DNA of 57,307 nt, filler included, from Actinomycetales bacterium (GCA_045807245.1; 2 parts of 2 records of this genome joined end to end with filler, not necessarily neighbours in it), one strand, 5' to 3'; shown: positions 1-9,661, numbered from the whole stretch's first letter. The notes: a model not told the origin generated them from the sequence alone. Numbers and translations are program-made.

Positions 1-98
1 ACGACGTCGATGCCGGACACGGCCGCCGCCTCGACCAGCTGAGCCGGCGCGTCCGTCCCGTCGGACGCCGAGGAGTGGGCGTGCAGGTCGATACGCAC
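1..98 (-). CDS. PHP-domain metal-dependent phosphoesterase, N-terminal part (runs off window)
   Basis: Manual translation from GTG at 98: MRIDLHAHSSASDGTDAPAQLVEAAAVSGIDVV, the PHP N-terminal DLHxHSxxSDG motif; TAGGCT -10 box 7 nt upstream. Not in ORF track. Confidence 0.85.
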   Translation of the reverse strand, partial: MRIDLHAHSSASDGTDAPAQLVEAAAVSGIDV

Positions 99-124
99 GG
101 CGGCCAGCCTAGGCCGCGGCGCGG

Positions 125-784
125 TCAGGTCAGGTGCGGGCTCGGGGCGCCTGTGGGTACGTCGAGCGGATGACCCGGGTCACGCACGTCGATCAGCCGC
201 AGCCCCTCCAGGACCATCGCCCCGGCGCTGGCCGGCCACATCACCATCCAGAGCCAGTCGCCGTGAGCCTCGCCGACGTACGCCGCGCGGTCGGACTCCG
301 CCGGGACGCACCACAGCGGCGCGGGGTGTCCCGCGGCGTACACCTTCGCCTGCGGACAGCCGTCCAGCAGCGCGCCGGACAGGGAGTCCCCCGGGTCGAC
401 CTCGGTCAGCCCGGCCAGGCTCGCGCCCAGCCCGACCGCCGGCTGCTCGGCGATCAGCAGGAGGTCGGCCGTCGGCATGTGCGCCGGTGCGTGGCCGGGC
501 AGAGGGTTCGGGCCGGACAGCGCGACGACCGAGGCGACCGCTCCGGTGCGGTCGTCGCCGGCGTGCATGACGCCGGTGACCAGCCAGCCGACCGGCAACG
601 GCCAGGGCAGCCACACCGGGACCTTCGACCGCTCGGCGATGCGGGCGATCTGCTCGCTGGTGCCCGGTCGGGCCGGGTTCAGTGGCGCCACCTCGCCGTG
701 CTCGGCGCAGGCCCAGGCACTGTGCATCAGGCCCGGCGCCGCGAGGTTGCGGCGGCAGCGCGGGCACGTGGGCGCGACTGACAC
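125..784 (-). CDS. Conserved actinobacterial hypothetical protein (DUF6758-like) with N-terminal CxxC...CxxH zinc-ribbon
   Basis: ORF 125..820; CPRC...WACAEHG, PVWLPWPLPVGWLVTG, AYVGEAHGDWLW motifs. Start uncertain; GTG at 784 preferred over TTG at 820. Confidence 0.7.
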   Translation of the reverse strand: MSVAPTCPRCRRNLAAPGLMHSAWACAEHGEVAPLNPARPGTSEQIARIAERSKVPVWLPWPLPVGWLVTGVMHAGDDRTGAVASVVALSGPNPLPGHAPAHMPTADLLLIAEQPAVGLGASLAGLTEVDPGDSLSGALLDGCPQAKVYAAGHPAPLWCVPAESDRAAYVGEAHGDWLWMVMWPASAGAMVLEGLRLIDVRDPGHPLDVPTGAPSPHLT

Positions 785-816
785 AGCACGACGGTCCTCT
801 CCGGCCTGACAGTGCG

Positions 817-1350
817 TCAACCCCCGCCCGGGCCGGGCGCAGCCGGTGGGTCGGCGGGCACGGGCCGTCCGGGCTGGTGACCACCACGCGCGTCCAGGTA
901 GCTCTGCTTGGGCACCATGACCTTGCGGCGGAACACGCAGACCAGCGTGCCGTCCTGGTTGTAGCCACGGGTCTCGACGTGCACGACGCCGCGGTCGTCC
1001 TTCGAGGTGCTCTCCCGCTTGTCCAGCACGGTGGTCTCGCCGTAGATGGTGTCGCCGTGGAAGGTGGGCGCGACGTGGCGCAGCGACTCGACCTCCAGGT
1101 TGGCGATGGCCTGCCCGCTGACGTCGGGCACGGACATGCCGAGCAGCACCGAGTAGACGAGGTTCCCGACCACGACGTTGCGCCCGAACTGGGTCGAGGT
1201 CTCGGCGTAGTGCGCGTCCAGGTGCAGCGGGTGGTGGTTCATCGTGATGAGACAGAACAGATGGTCGTCGGACTCGGTGATGGTCCTGCCCGGCCAGTGC
1301 CGGTAGACCGCACCGACCTCGAACTCCTCGTACGTGCGCCCGAACTGCAT
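817..1350 (-). CDS. MaoC/hot-dog family acyl-CoA dehydratase (mesaconyl-CoA hydratase-like)
   Basis: C-terminal part of ORF 817..2076 from ATG 1350: MQFGRTYEEFEVGAVYRHWPGRTITESDDHLFCLITMNHHPLHLD...APTFHGDTIY. Confidence 0.88.
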   Translation of the reverse strand: MQFGRTYEEFEVGAVYRHWPGRTITESDDHLFCLITMNHHPLHLDAHYAETSTQFGRNVVVGNLVYSVLLGMSVPDVSGQAIANLEVESLRHVAPTFHGDTIYGETTVLDKRESTSKDDRGVVHVETRGYNQDGTLVCVFRRKVMVPKQSYLDARGGHQPGRPVPADPPAAPGPGGG

Positions 1351-1428
1351 GGGCCGATGATGCCGGACGCTCGCCGTCGCCCGGGGCAAACGTGATGCGA
1401 CCCTCATGGCCGGTGGCACGATGGGCGG

Positions 1429-3006
1429 GTGAGCAGCGAAGAGCAGCCGAAGGTCCCCGGGTCGGACGACCACCGCAGCAAGCCGTCGTCGGAGGCGTTC
1501 CTCAGCTTCATCTCGGGCAGCTGGGCACCGCGCAGCAGCTCGCCGGTCGAACGGGTCGCCGCTGCGCCGTACGCCGAGCATCGGCGCGAGGCGCTGTCCA
1601 AGGCGTTCCCGGGCGAGCGCCTGGTCATCCCGGCCGGCGGGCTCAAGGTGCGCAGCAACGACACGGACTACCGGTTCCGCCCCCACTCCGCGTTCGCCCA
1701 CCTCACCGGCCTGGGCAGCGACCGTGAGCCCGACGCCGTACTGGTCCTCGAGCCGCGGGACGCCCATGGCGACGACTCCGACGAAGGCGCCGGCCACGAG
1801 GCGATCCTGTACTTCCGGCCGCGGGCCGAGCGGGACAGCAAAGAGTTCTTCGGCGACGCGCGGTACGGCGAGTTCTGGGTCGGCGTGCGACCGAGCCTGG
1901 ACGAGGTCGAGGCCGAGCTGGGCATCAGCACGCGCCATATCGACGAGCTGCCCGAAGCCGTGAAGAAGGACCTCGGGGCGGTCCAGGTGCGCGTCGTCCG
2001 CGACGCCGACCCGGAGCTGGCCCGCCTGATCGACGAGCTTCGGGCCGAGCTCGACGCCCAGGAGGCGGCCGAGCAAGCGGTGGAGGCGGCGGCCCAGGCA
2101 GAGGCGGCGGCATCGTCACAGGCCGCAGAGCAGCTGTCGCCCGACCTCGAGCTGATGCGCTTCCTCTCCGAGCTGCGGCTGGTCAAGGACGACTTCGAGA
2201 TCGAGCAGATGCGCGAGGCCATCGCGGCCACCGCGGAGGGTTTCGAGGAGATCGTCCGCTCGCTTCCCGAAGCGGTACGTCGCGGCCGGGGCGAGCGCTG
2301 GGTCGAGGGTGTCTTCGAGCTCATCGCCCGGCACCGCGGCAACGGCCTGGGGTACGACACCATCGCGGCGTCCGGCGACCACGCCTGCACCCTGCACTGG
2401 ATCCGCAACGACGGCGAGGTCAAGGACGGCGACCTGCTGCTCGTCGACGCCGGCGTCGAGGCGGACTCCCTGTACACGGCCGACGTCACCCGCACCGTGC
2501 CGGTCAACGGCACGTTCACCGAGGTGCAGCGCAAGGTCTACGAGGCCGTCCTCGAGGCCCAGGAGGCCGGTCTGGCGGCGGCCAAGCCGGGCAACACCTT
2601 CCGCGACATCCACCAGGCGGCCATCGAGGTGATCGCGCGCAGGCTCGACGAGTGGGGGCTGCTGCCGGTACCGCTGGAGGAGGCGCTCACCGACGACGGC
2701 CAGCAGCACCGCCGGTGGATGGTGCACGGCACCAGCCACCATCTCGGCCTCGACGTGCACGACTGCTCGCTGGCCCGCAAGGAGGCCTACCTCGACGGGA
2801 CGCTGGAGCCCGGCATGGTCCTCACCGTCGAGCCGGGGTTGTACTTCAAACGCGACGACCTGGCTGTGCCCGAAGAGCTCCGCGGTGTCGGCGTGCGGAT
2901 CGAGGACGACGTCCTGATCACCGAGACCGGGTGCGAGAACCTCAGCGCGGCGCTCCCCCGCACCGCGGACGACGTCGAGGCCTGGATGGCGGGGCTGCGC
3001 CGCTAG
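1429..3006 (+). CDS. pepP: Xaa-Pro aminopeptidase (M24B)
   Basis: RSNDTDYRFRPHSAF N-domain, LLVDAG, YTADVTRT, HGTSHHLGLDVHD, TVEPGLY, GVRIEDD metal-ligand motifs. Confidence 0.93.
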   Translation: MSSEEQPKVPGSDDHRSKPSSEAFLSFISGSWAPRSSSPVERVAAAPYAEHRREALSKAFPGERLVIPAGGLKVRSNDTDYRFRPHSAFAHLTGLGSDREPDAVLVLEPRDAHGDDSDEGAGHEAILYFRPRAERDSKEFFGDARYGEFWVGVRPSLDEVEAELGISTRHIDELPEAVKKDLGAVQVRVVRDADPELARLIDELRAELDAQEAAEQAVEAAAQAEAAASSQAAEQLSPDLELMRFLSELRLVKDDFEIEQMREAIAATAEGFEEIVRSLPEAVRRGRGERWVEGVFELIARHRGNGLGYDTIAASGDHACTLHWIRNDGEVKDGDLLLVDAGVEADSLYTADVTRTVPVNGTFTEVQRKVYEAVLEAQEAGLAAAKPGNTFRDIHQAAIEVIARRLDEWGLLPVPLEEALTDDGQQHRRWMVHGTSHHLGLDVHDCSLARKEAYLDGTLEPGMVLTVEPGLYFKRDDLAVPEELRGVGVRIEDDVLITETGCENLSAALPRTADDVEAWMAGLRR

Positions 3007-3037
3007 CCGGAGGGAGCCTGCCCTCAGCCGAGCGCCC

Positions 3038-3973
3038 TCAGCCGAGGTCGGCGGGGTCGGCGTTGCCGCCGCACACGACCACGGCGATGCGCTCGCCGGG
3101 GGACGGCAGGTAGGCGCCGCTGGTCAGGGCGGCCAGCGCCGTCGCGCCGCCCGGTTCCGCGGCTACCTTGACCGTTCGCCACAGCAGCCCGCGGGCCTCC
3201 GCGATCGCCTCCGGAGGCACGAGCACCGAGGTGGCACCGGCCTTGGACAGCCCGAGCCAACCGTGCTCCCCGAGCCGGGAGGCGCCGAGCGCGTCAGATG
3301 CCAGCCCGCCGACCGCGACGTCGACCGGGCCTCCGGCGGCGAGCGCCGCGTGGTACGTCGGGCAGCCATCGGGCTCGACCGCCACCAGGCGCGGCCCGCC
3401 GTCGAGCGCGGCGGCCACTCCCCCGGCCAGCCCGCCGCCACCGACGGCGACCAGCACGGTGTCCAGCTGGGGCCGGTCCGCCAACAGCTCCAGGCCGACG
3501 GTGCCTTGACCGGCGACGACCGGCTCGTCGTCGTACGCGTGGACGCTGAAGGCGCCGGTCCGCTCGATCTCCTCGCGCGCAGCGGCCAGCGCGTCGGCGT
3601 ACACGTCACCCACCTGGCGCACGTCGGCGCCCAGGGAGCGCAACCCGGCCACTTTGGTTGCCGGGGCAGTGGTGGGGACGAAGACCGTTGCGACACAACC
3701 GACTTGGCGAGCGGCCCACGCGACGGCGAGGCCGTGGTTGCCACCGCTGGCCGCGATGACGCCGGCCGCGGCCCGGTCACCGGCGAGGGTCAGGGCGTTG
3801 AGCGCTCCCCGGGCCTTGAACGAGCCGGTGTGCTGGAGCAGCTCCAGCTTGAGCGTGACCGGCTCGGGGCCGAACACTCCGGCCTCGATGTCGACCACCG
3901 GGGTACGGCGGACCCGGTCGCCGAGCGTCTCGGCCGCCCGCTCGACGTCGTCGCGACCGATCCGTCGGGTCAC
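3038..3973 (-). CDS. PLP-dependent serine/threonine dehydratase family protein (no regulatory domain)
   Basis: KLELLQHTGSFKARGA, ASGGNHG, VGGGGL, EPGGA, CGGN motifs; GTG 3973 overlaps upstream stop (GTGA). Confidence 0.88.
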   Translation of the reverse strand: MTRRIGRDDVERAAETLGDRVRRTPVVDIEAGVFGPEPVTLKLELLQHTGSFKARGALNALTLAGDRAAAGVIAASGGNHGLAVAWAARQVGCVATVFVPTTAPATKVAGLRSLGADVRQVGDVYADALAAAREEIERTGAFSVHAYDDEPVVAGQGTVGLELLADRPQLDTVLVAVGGGGLAGGVAAALDGGPRLVAVEPDGCPTYHAALAAGGPVDVAVGGLASDALGASRLGEHGWLGLSKAGATSVLVPPEAIAEARGLLWRTVKVAAEPGGATALAALTSGAYLPSPGERIAVVVCGGNADPADLG

Positions 3974-4485
3974 GCGGTGTACGACGTCAGGCCCCCGGGC
4001 ATCCGGGCCAGGATCTGCCGGGCCTCCTCGGCGAACTTGTGCTCGACCAGCACCTCGTAGCGCGTGGCGACGACCTGGCTCACCGAGGTGAAGTCGCGCC
4101 GGCCACCGGTCGCGGCATAGCCGGCGACGGCCCAGACGGCGAAGAAGATCGCGCCGAACGCCGCGGAGCTCACGACCAGCCCGATGAAGCTGGTCGAGGA
4201 GTTGGCGAACAGGCTGAGCAGGAAGCCGACCAGCAGGCCGAACCAGAGCCCGGAGAGGGCTCCGGCGCCCGCGGCCTTGCCGTAGGTCAGGCGGCCGGTC
4301 ACGCGCTCGATCTGCTTCAGCTCGGTGCCGACGATCATGCAGTTCTGCACCGCGAACTGCTCGTCGGACAGGAAGTCGACCGCCTTCTGCGCGTCGGCGT
4401 ACTTCTCGAACACCCCGAGGGACATGGGGTACTCCAACGCCAACCCGGATCGGGGGATCCCGGCGGCTCCCATCGGACGGGCCAC
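3970..4485 (-). CDS. General stress protein 17M/YflT-like membrane protein
   Basis: YADAQKAVDFLSD, ERVTGRLT, two hydrophobic helices, GRRDFTS...RYEVLV motifs. Confidence 0.8.
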   Translation of the reverse strand: MARPMGAAGIPRSGLALEYPMSLGVFEKYADAQKAVDFLSDEQFAVQNCMIVGTELKQIERVTGRLTYGKAAGAGALSGLWFGLLVGFLLSLFANSSTSFIGLVVSSAAFGAIFFAVWAVAGYAATGGRRDFTSVSQVVATRYEVLVEHKFAEEARQILARMPGGLTSYTA

Positions 4486-4595
4486 GACTGCTCACCTCCG
4501 TCGAGGGCCGGGGCTGCTCCACCGGCCACGTCAGTCGATCGTCACACCCTAGTCTGGGCGTTCGCTGAGAGTGTGGTGTGCCGCCGGCGGGCCTC

Positions 4596-5798
4596 TCACG
4601 TCTTGAGCTTGTACTCCTCCAGCAGCCGGCGGCCGATGATCATCCGCTGGATGTCAGCGGTGCCCTCGCCGATCAGCAGCATCGGCGCCTCGCGGTAGAG
4701 CCGCTCGATCTCGTACTCCTTGGAGTACCCGTACCCGCCGTGGATCCGGAAGGCGTCCTCGACCACCTGCGCGCAGTACTCGCTGGCGAGGTACTTGGCC
4801 ATGCCGGCCTCGAGGTCGTTGCGCTGGCCCGAGTCCTTCGTGCGCGCGGCCAGCACCATCATCTGGTGCGCCGCCTCGACCTTGGTGGCCATCTCCGCGA
4901 TCCGGAACAGCACCGCCTGGTGCTCGGCGATCTTGCGGCCGAACGCCTCGCGCTGCTGCGCGTACGCCGTACCCAGCTCGAACGCCCGCATCGCCACACC
5001 GCAGGCGCGCGCCGCGACGTTGACCCGGCCCACCTCGACGCCGTCCATCATCTGGTAGAAACCGCGCCCGGGCTCGCGGCCGAGCAGCTGGTCAGTTGTC
5101 GTGCGGTAACCGTCGAAGAGCAGCTCGGTCGTGTCGACGCCCTTGTAGCCCATCTTGTCGATCTTCCCCGGCACGGTCAGGCCGGGCGCCGTCTCGCCGA
5201 AGCCAGGCTCCTTGTCGACCAGGAACGTCGACATCCCCTTGTGTGGCGACTCCGAGCCGGGGTCGGAGCGGACGAGCACCGCGACCAGGTTCGCCGACCC
5301 TCCGTTCGTGAGCCACATCTTCTGTCCGTCGATGGTCCAGCCGTCACCATCGGGATCCGGCACGGCCCGGGTCTTGATCCCCGAGACATCACTGCCGCAC
5401 CCGGGCTCGCTCATCGAGAACGCACCGCGGACCTCGCCCGTCGCCATCCGCGGCAGGTACCTCTGCTTCTGCTCCTGGGTCCCGTGCTGCAAGAGCATCC
5501 ACGCGACGATGAAATGCGTGTTGATGATCCCGCTGACGCTCATCCATCCGCGAGCGATCTCCTCGACGCACAGCGCGTAGGTCAACAGGGACTCGCCCAG
5601 GCCGCCGTACTCCTCCGGGATCATCAGGCCGAAGATGCCCATCTCCTTCATGCCCTCGACGATGTCGGTCGGGTACTCGTCGGCATGCTCGAGCCGCGTC
5701 GCGACCGGCAGGATCTGCTCGTCGACGAACTGCCGGACCAGCTTGAGCAGCTCCAGCTGGTCCTCGCTCAGCCCGTCGGTGTGCTGCAGCCGGCCCAT
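4596..5798 (-). CDS. Acyl-CoA dehydrogenase (methylsuccinyl-CoA dehydrogenase-like)
   Basis: IPEEYGGLG, FSMSEPGCGSD, GQKMWLTNG, IHGGYGYSKEY, IGEGTADIQR; GAGGAGG RBS upstream. Confidence 0.92.
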   Translation of the reverse strand: MGRLQHTDGLSEDQLELLKLVRQFVDEQILPVATRLEHADEYPTDIVEGMKEMGIFGLMIPEEYGGLGESLLTYALCVEEIARGWMSVSGIINTHFIVAWMLLQHGTQEQKQRYLPRMATGEVRGAFSMSEPGCGSDVSGIKTRAVPDPDGDGWTIDGQKMWLTNGGSANLVAVLVRSDPGSESPHKGMSTFLVDKEPGFGETAPGLTVPGKIDKMGYKGVDTTELLFDGYRTTTDQLLGREPGRGFYQMMDGVEVGRVNVAARACGVAMRAFELGTAYAQQREAFGRKIAEHQAVLFRIAEMATKVEAAHQMMVLAARTKDSGQRNDLEAGMAKYLASEYCAQVVEDAFRIHGGYGYSKEYEIERLYREAPMLLIGEGTADIQRMIIGRRLLEEYKLKT

Positions 5799-5891
5799 CC
5801 CCGTGCCTCCTCGCTCGGTTAGCCCGAGTATTCCTGGCCCGACTGGGCCCTGACGATGCGGTCCAGGAACCCTGGCCCGTCCGCCGGACGG

Positions 5892-7028
5892 TCAGGAGGG
5901 CGCTGGCGCATCCTCGTGCTGCAGCTTCAGCGGCGCGAGGGTGCCCAGCGACTCCGCCACCACGACGGCGTCGTCGCCGGGCTGCAGCCGGAAGTCGGTC
6001 GGCGGGTTCACGTGCGCGCAGCCGTCGCGGCTCACGGCGAGCAGGGTCGCGCGGTGCTCCGACCGCAGCTGGGCGGACAGCTCGTCGACCGACAGCCCGA
6101 TGTAGCTGTCCGGCAACGTGACCCGGTACAGCTCGGACCCCTCACCGCCGGACACGATGTCGGTCACGAGCTCGGTGAGGCCCGGGTAGAGCGAGGACCG
6201 CGCGAGCAGCCGCGAGGCGATCCGCGAGGTCACCAGGATCTCGTCGGCGTGCGCGCGCCGGAAGTGCTCGACGTGGGCCGGGTTGTTGACCTCGGCGACG
6301 GTCCGGACCTGCGGCGCGATCGACTCGATCGCCATGACTGTGAGGATCGAGCGCATGTCGGCCTCGTTGGAGGCGTCCGCGGGGCACACGACGGCCGCCA
6401 TCGCCTCCTCGATCCCGGCGCGCCGCAGGTCCTCGGCGCTCGTGACGTCACCGGCGACGAAGTACGCAGTGGGGCCGGCCGGGTTCTTGGGCGCGTCGTG
6501 CAGCAGCACGATCTTGGTGTCGTACTCGTCGCCGCTCAGCTCGGCGATGAGGTCGCGCGCTGTGCTGTTCCATCCGCAGACGACGATGTGGTCGCGGTAG
6601 CCGGAGGCACCCATGCCTTGGCCCTCCTTCAGCAGGAAGTCGATGACGAAACCGACGAGCGCGCCGGTGATGGAGGCGACGATGGCGACACCGAACAGCA
6701 CCAGCAGCCAGCTCACGACGTACCCGAACGGGCTGGTGACGTACGACGCGTCACCGGAGCCCATGACCGTGGTGACGGCCCAGTAGACGCTGGCCGACAG
6801 GTCGGACAGGAAGTGGCCGAGTGTGTCGGTTCGGCCCTCGGCCAGCGTGATGACGACGGCGGCCAGGATCACGAAGAGCAGCAGGCCGAGCAGCAGGCGC
6901 ATGAAGAACTGAGGGCTGGCCCCGCCGGTGATCCGCCTGGCGTGGTAGGCGATCCGGCGCAGGAACGGCACGGCGACGAGGTCGGAGAACCGCCGGCGCA
7001 CGCGGCCGCGCATGCCACCTCCAGCCAA
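5892..7028 (-). CDS. 2TM ion-channel protein with RCK (TrkA-N/TrkA-C) domains; non-canonical pore motif
   Basis: TM1-pore helix-TM2, then HIVVCGWN Rossmann/RCK, GDVTSAEDLRRAGI, C-terminal RCK-C; pore reads YWAVTTVMGSGD. Confidence 0.82.
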   Translation of the reverse strand: MAGGGMRGRVRRRFSDLVAVPFLRRIAYHARRITGGASPQFFMRLLLGLLLFVILAAVVITLAEGRTDTLGHFLSDLSASVYWAVTTVMGSGDASYVTSPFGYVVSWLLVLFGVAIVASITGALVGFVIDFLLKEGQGMGASGYRDHIVVCGWNSTARDLIAELSGDEYDTKIVLLHDAPKNPAGPTAYFVAGDVTSAEDLRRAGIEEAMAAVVCPADASNEADMRSILTVMAIESIAPQVRTVAEVNNPAHVEHFRRAHADEILVTSRIASRLLARSSLYPGLTELVTDIVSGGEGSELYRVTLPDSYIGLSVDELSAQLRSEHRATLLAVSRDGCAHVNPPTDFRLQPGDDAVVVAESLGTLAPLKLQHEDAPAPS

Positions 7029-7123
7029 GGCTCAGGGTCCGTGGATCCAGCCGGATCCTGTCAGCACAGGAGGTCAGGCGTACAGCGGTTGATACCGGCC
7101 CGGCCCAGCGGCAGGTCGCGACG

Positions 7124-8119
7124 TCACTGCCCGGGCGCGGACCATCGCTGTCCGCGCACGAGCCCGGCCGCCCGGCCCTTGGCCGCGACCACGACCGCCA
7201 TCTTGCGCGAGGCCTCGTCGATCATCTCGTCGCCGAGCATCGCCGCGCCCTTGGCGCCGCCGGCGGCCGACGTGAACCAGTCGTAGGCGTCGAGGATGTT
7301 CTCCGCGTGGTCGTAGTCCTCCTGGCGGGGGCTGAACAGCTCGTTGGCAGCGTCGAGCTGGCCAGGGTGCAGGACCCACTTGCCGTCGAAGCCCAGCGCC
7401 GCGGAGCGCCCGGCCACCCGCCGGAACCCGTCGACGTCGCGGATCTGGAGGTACGGGCCGTCGATCGCCTGCTTCCCGTACGCCCGGGCGGCCATGAGGA
7501 TCCGCATCAGGATGTAGTGGTAGGCGTCGCCGACGTCGTAGCCGGGAGGCTGCTCCCCGACCACGAGGCTCTTCATGTTGATCGACGCCATGAAGTCGGC
7601 CGGGCCGAAGATCACCGTCTCGACCCGGGGGCTCGCGGCCGCGATCGCGTCGACGTTCACCAGGCCCAGCGCGTTCTCGATCTGCGCCTCGATCCCGATC
7701 CGGCCGACGTCGTACCCGCACTGCTTCTCGATCTGGGTGAGCAGCAGGTCGAGGGCGACGACCTGGTCGGCGGTCTGCACCTTCGGCAGCATGATCGCGT
7801 CAAGGTTGGCGCCGGCCCCCTCGACCACCTCGACGACGTCGGCGTACGTCCACTGCGTGGTCCAGTCGTTGACCCGGACGGTGCGGACCTTGCCCTCGAA
7901 ACCGCCCTCGTTCAGGGCGGCGACGATGTTCTTGCGCGCGTCGGGCTTGGCGAGCGGCGCGACGGCGTCCTCGATGTCGAGGAAGACGTGGTCGGCGGGC
8001 AGGCCACGGGCCTTGTCCAGCATCTTGGGGCTGGAGCCGGGGACGGCCAGGTTCGAGCGGCGCGAGCGCAGCGGCCGTTCCGCAGGCGGCCCGGCTGCTT
8101 GGCCCGTGGCAGACGTCAT
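7124..8119 (-). CDS. CitE/malyl-CoA lyase-like CoA ester lyase (HpcH/HpaI family)
   Basis: RRSNLAVPGS, FLDIEDAVAP, VRVN, LPKV, QIENA, FGPADF, GFDGKWVLHPGQ. Confidence 0.9.
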   Translation of the reverse strand: MTSATGQAAGPPAERPLRSRRSNLAVPGSSPKMLDKARGLPADHVFLDIEDAVAPLAKPDARKNIVAALNEGGFEGKVRTVRVNDWTTQWTYADVVEVVEGAGANLDAIMLPKVQTADQVVALDLLLTQIEKQCGYDVGRIGIEAQIENALGLVNVDAIAAASPRVETVIFGPADFMASINMKSLVVGEQPPGYDVGDAYHYILMRILMAARAYGKQAIDGPYLQIRDVDGFRRVAGRSAALGFDGKWVLHPGQLDAANELFSPRQEDYDHAENILDAYDWFTSAAGGAKGAAMLGDEMIDEASRKMAVVVAAKGRAAGLVRGQRWSAPGQ

Positions 8120-8128
8120 GGGCGGACG

Positions 8129-9085
8129 CTACCCAGCGGGGGGCGGCTCGGTCATCGTGACGTTGGCCACCCGGCGGGTCCACACCACCAGGGCGATCCC
8201 CGCCACGACCAGTGCAGCGCCCGGGATCACCAGCGCCGGCGGCTCCTGGCCCAGCCACACCCACGCGACCAGGGCGGCGCCCGGCGTCTCCAGCAGGATC
8301 GACAGGGAGACCGTCGTCGCGCCCGCAACCGCCAGGGCCCGGTTGAGCAGGGTGTGCCCGACCAGCTGGGCGCACAGAGTGAGCAGGAGCAGCAGCCCCC
8401 AGGTGCGGGCGTCGTACCCGTCGCCGGCGATGCGCTGCCGCCCCGCCAGGCAGGTGATGAGGAGCAGTACGGCGCAGGTCGAGTACGCCGTGAACGTGTA
8501 CGACGCGGTGCTCATCCGCCGGCGCGCGTGTTCGCCCGCCGAGACGTAGACCGCGGCCGCGATCCCACCGGCCAGCGCCAGGAGGTCCCCGGCCGCGGCC
8601 CGGCCGGACCGACCGGCGTCCACCCCCGTGATGAGGAGCACGCCGCTCATCGCGGCTGCGACCCCGACGATGACGCCCGCCGGCACGGCTCGGCCGCGGA
8701 GCCGGTCCAGCGCCACTGTCCAGACCGGGGTGGTCGTGACCAGTGCCGTCGACGCCGTCACCGTCGTCAGGCGCAGGCTCGGGACCCACAGCGCGAAGTG
8801 CACGGCCAGGGCCAGACCCGCACCGACCGCCGCGACGAGCGGCCGCCGGTCGCCGCGGAACAGCCGGAGCCACTCTCCCCGCCCACGGACGGCGACGTAC
8901 GAGGCGCTCGCAATGGCGCCGAAAGCGTTGCGCCAGAACGCGACCGCGAGCGCCGGCACCGAGATCGCGACGACGATGGGCGCGGAGAACGAGATCCCGG
9001 CGACGGCGACGGCGATGAGACCGGCCGTCACGGCTGGGCTGTCGACGGGCGGCGCCGGCGGCCCCGGTGACCTCTCGTCAGTCAC
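8129..9085 (-). CDS. DMT/EamA family transporter
   Basis: About 10 hydrophobic segments; AFWR, ALAVHF, GDLLAL, LLETPG motifs of two EamA repeats. Confidence 0.88.
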   Translation of the reverse strand: MTDERSPGPPAPPVDSPAVTAGLIAVAVAGISFSAPIVVAISVPALAVAFWRNAFGAIASASYVAVRGRGEWLRLFRGDRRPLVAAVGAGLALAVHFALWVPSLRLTTVTASTALVTTTPVWTVALDRLRGRAVPAGVIVGVAAAMSGVLLITGVDAGRSGRAAAGDLLALAGGIAAAVYVSAGEHARRRMSTASYTFTAYSTCAVLLLITCLAGRQRIAGDGYDARTWGLLLLLTLCAQLVGHTLLNRALAVAGATTVSLSILLETPGAALVAWVWLGQEPPALVIPGAALVVAGIALVVWTRRVANVTMTEPPPAG

Positions 9086-9111
9086 CGCTGCACTGTGACA
9101 GGCTCGACGCC

Positions 9112-9657
9112 GTGACCGAAACGGGGGATGCCACCGGCGCGCTGGTCGCTGAGGCGGCCGCCAAGAGTGACCTGCTGTGGGTCCGCCCGACGCCGGCCCC
9201 TGGTGAGCGAGCGTGGCCGGCCTGGCACGTGTGGCACGACGGCGCGGCGTACGTCGTGAGTGGACCAGGTGAGCAGCAGCTGCCCGCGCTGTCCGGCCCG
9301 GTCGAGGTCGTGCTGCGCAGCAAGGACACGTGGGCCCGGCTGGTCACGGTGAGCGGTGCGGCCGCGACGGTGGCACCGGACGACCCGGCGTGGGCAGGCG
9401 TCGCGGCGGTGCTCAAGGCCAAGCGGCTCAACGCCCCCGACCCGGACGGTCTGCTCGACCGGTGGGCCACGGCCAACACCATCACCCGGCTCACCCTGGA
9501 CGGAGGGCTGGTCGAAGGGCCGGGCAGCTACGGCGACGCCTCCGGTGCCGCGCCCCCACCGCCGACCGACGCGACCACGGCACACTGGGCGCCGTGGCAC
9601 CTGCGTGGGCGCCGCAACACCCGCCGAGCCGCGCGACGCAAGCGCCGAGCGGGCTGA
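9112..9657 (+). CDS. Hypothetical protein, possible pyridoxamine-oxidase-like split-barrel fold
   Basis: ORF 9067..9657, GTG 9112; EAAAKSDLLWV, WHVWHDGAAYVVSGPGEQ, LRSKD, KRLNAPD conserved actinobacterial pattern. Confidence 0.65.
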   Translation: MTETGDATGALVAEAAAKSDLLWVRPTPAPGERAWPAWHVWHDGAAYVVSGPGEQQLPALSGPVEVVLRSKDTWARLVTVSGAAATVAPDDPAWAGVAAVLKAKRLNAPDPDGLLDRWATANTITRLTLDGGLVEGPGSYGDASGAAPPPPTDATTAHWAPWHLRGRRNTRRAARRKRRAG

Positions 9658-9661
9658 CCGC

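Noticed and set aside
2040..2140. Ala/Glu/Gln-rich insertion in PepP
   Set aside because: Low-complexity linker between domains with frame intact; no sign of an intein or mobile insert.
5831..5869. Imperfect inverted repeat TTCCTGGCCCG/CGGTCCAGGAA between channel and acyl-CoA dehydrogenase
   Set aside because: Single 11-bp arm pair with a 17-nt loop; cannot distinguish terminator, operator or chance in GC-rich DNA.
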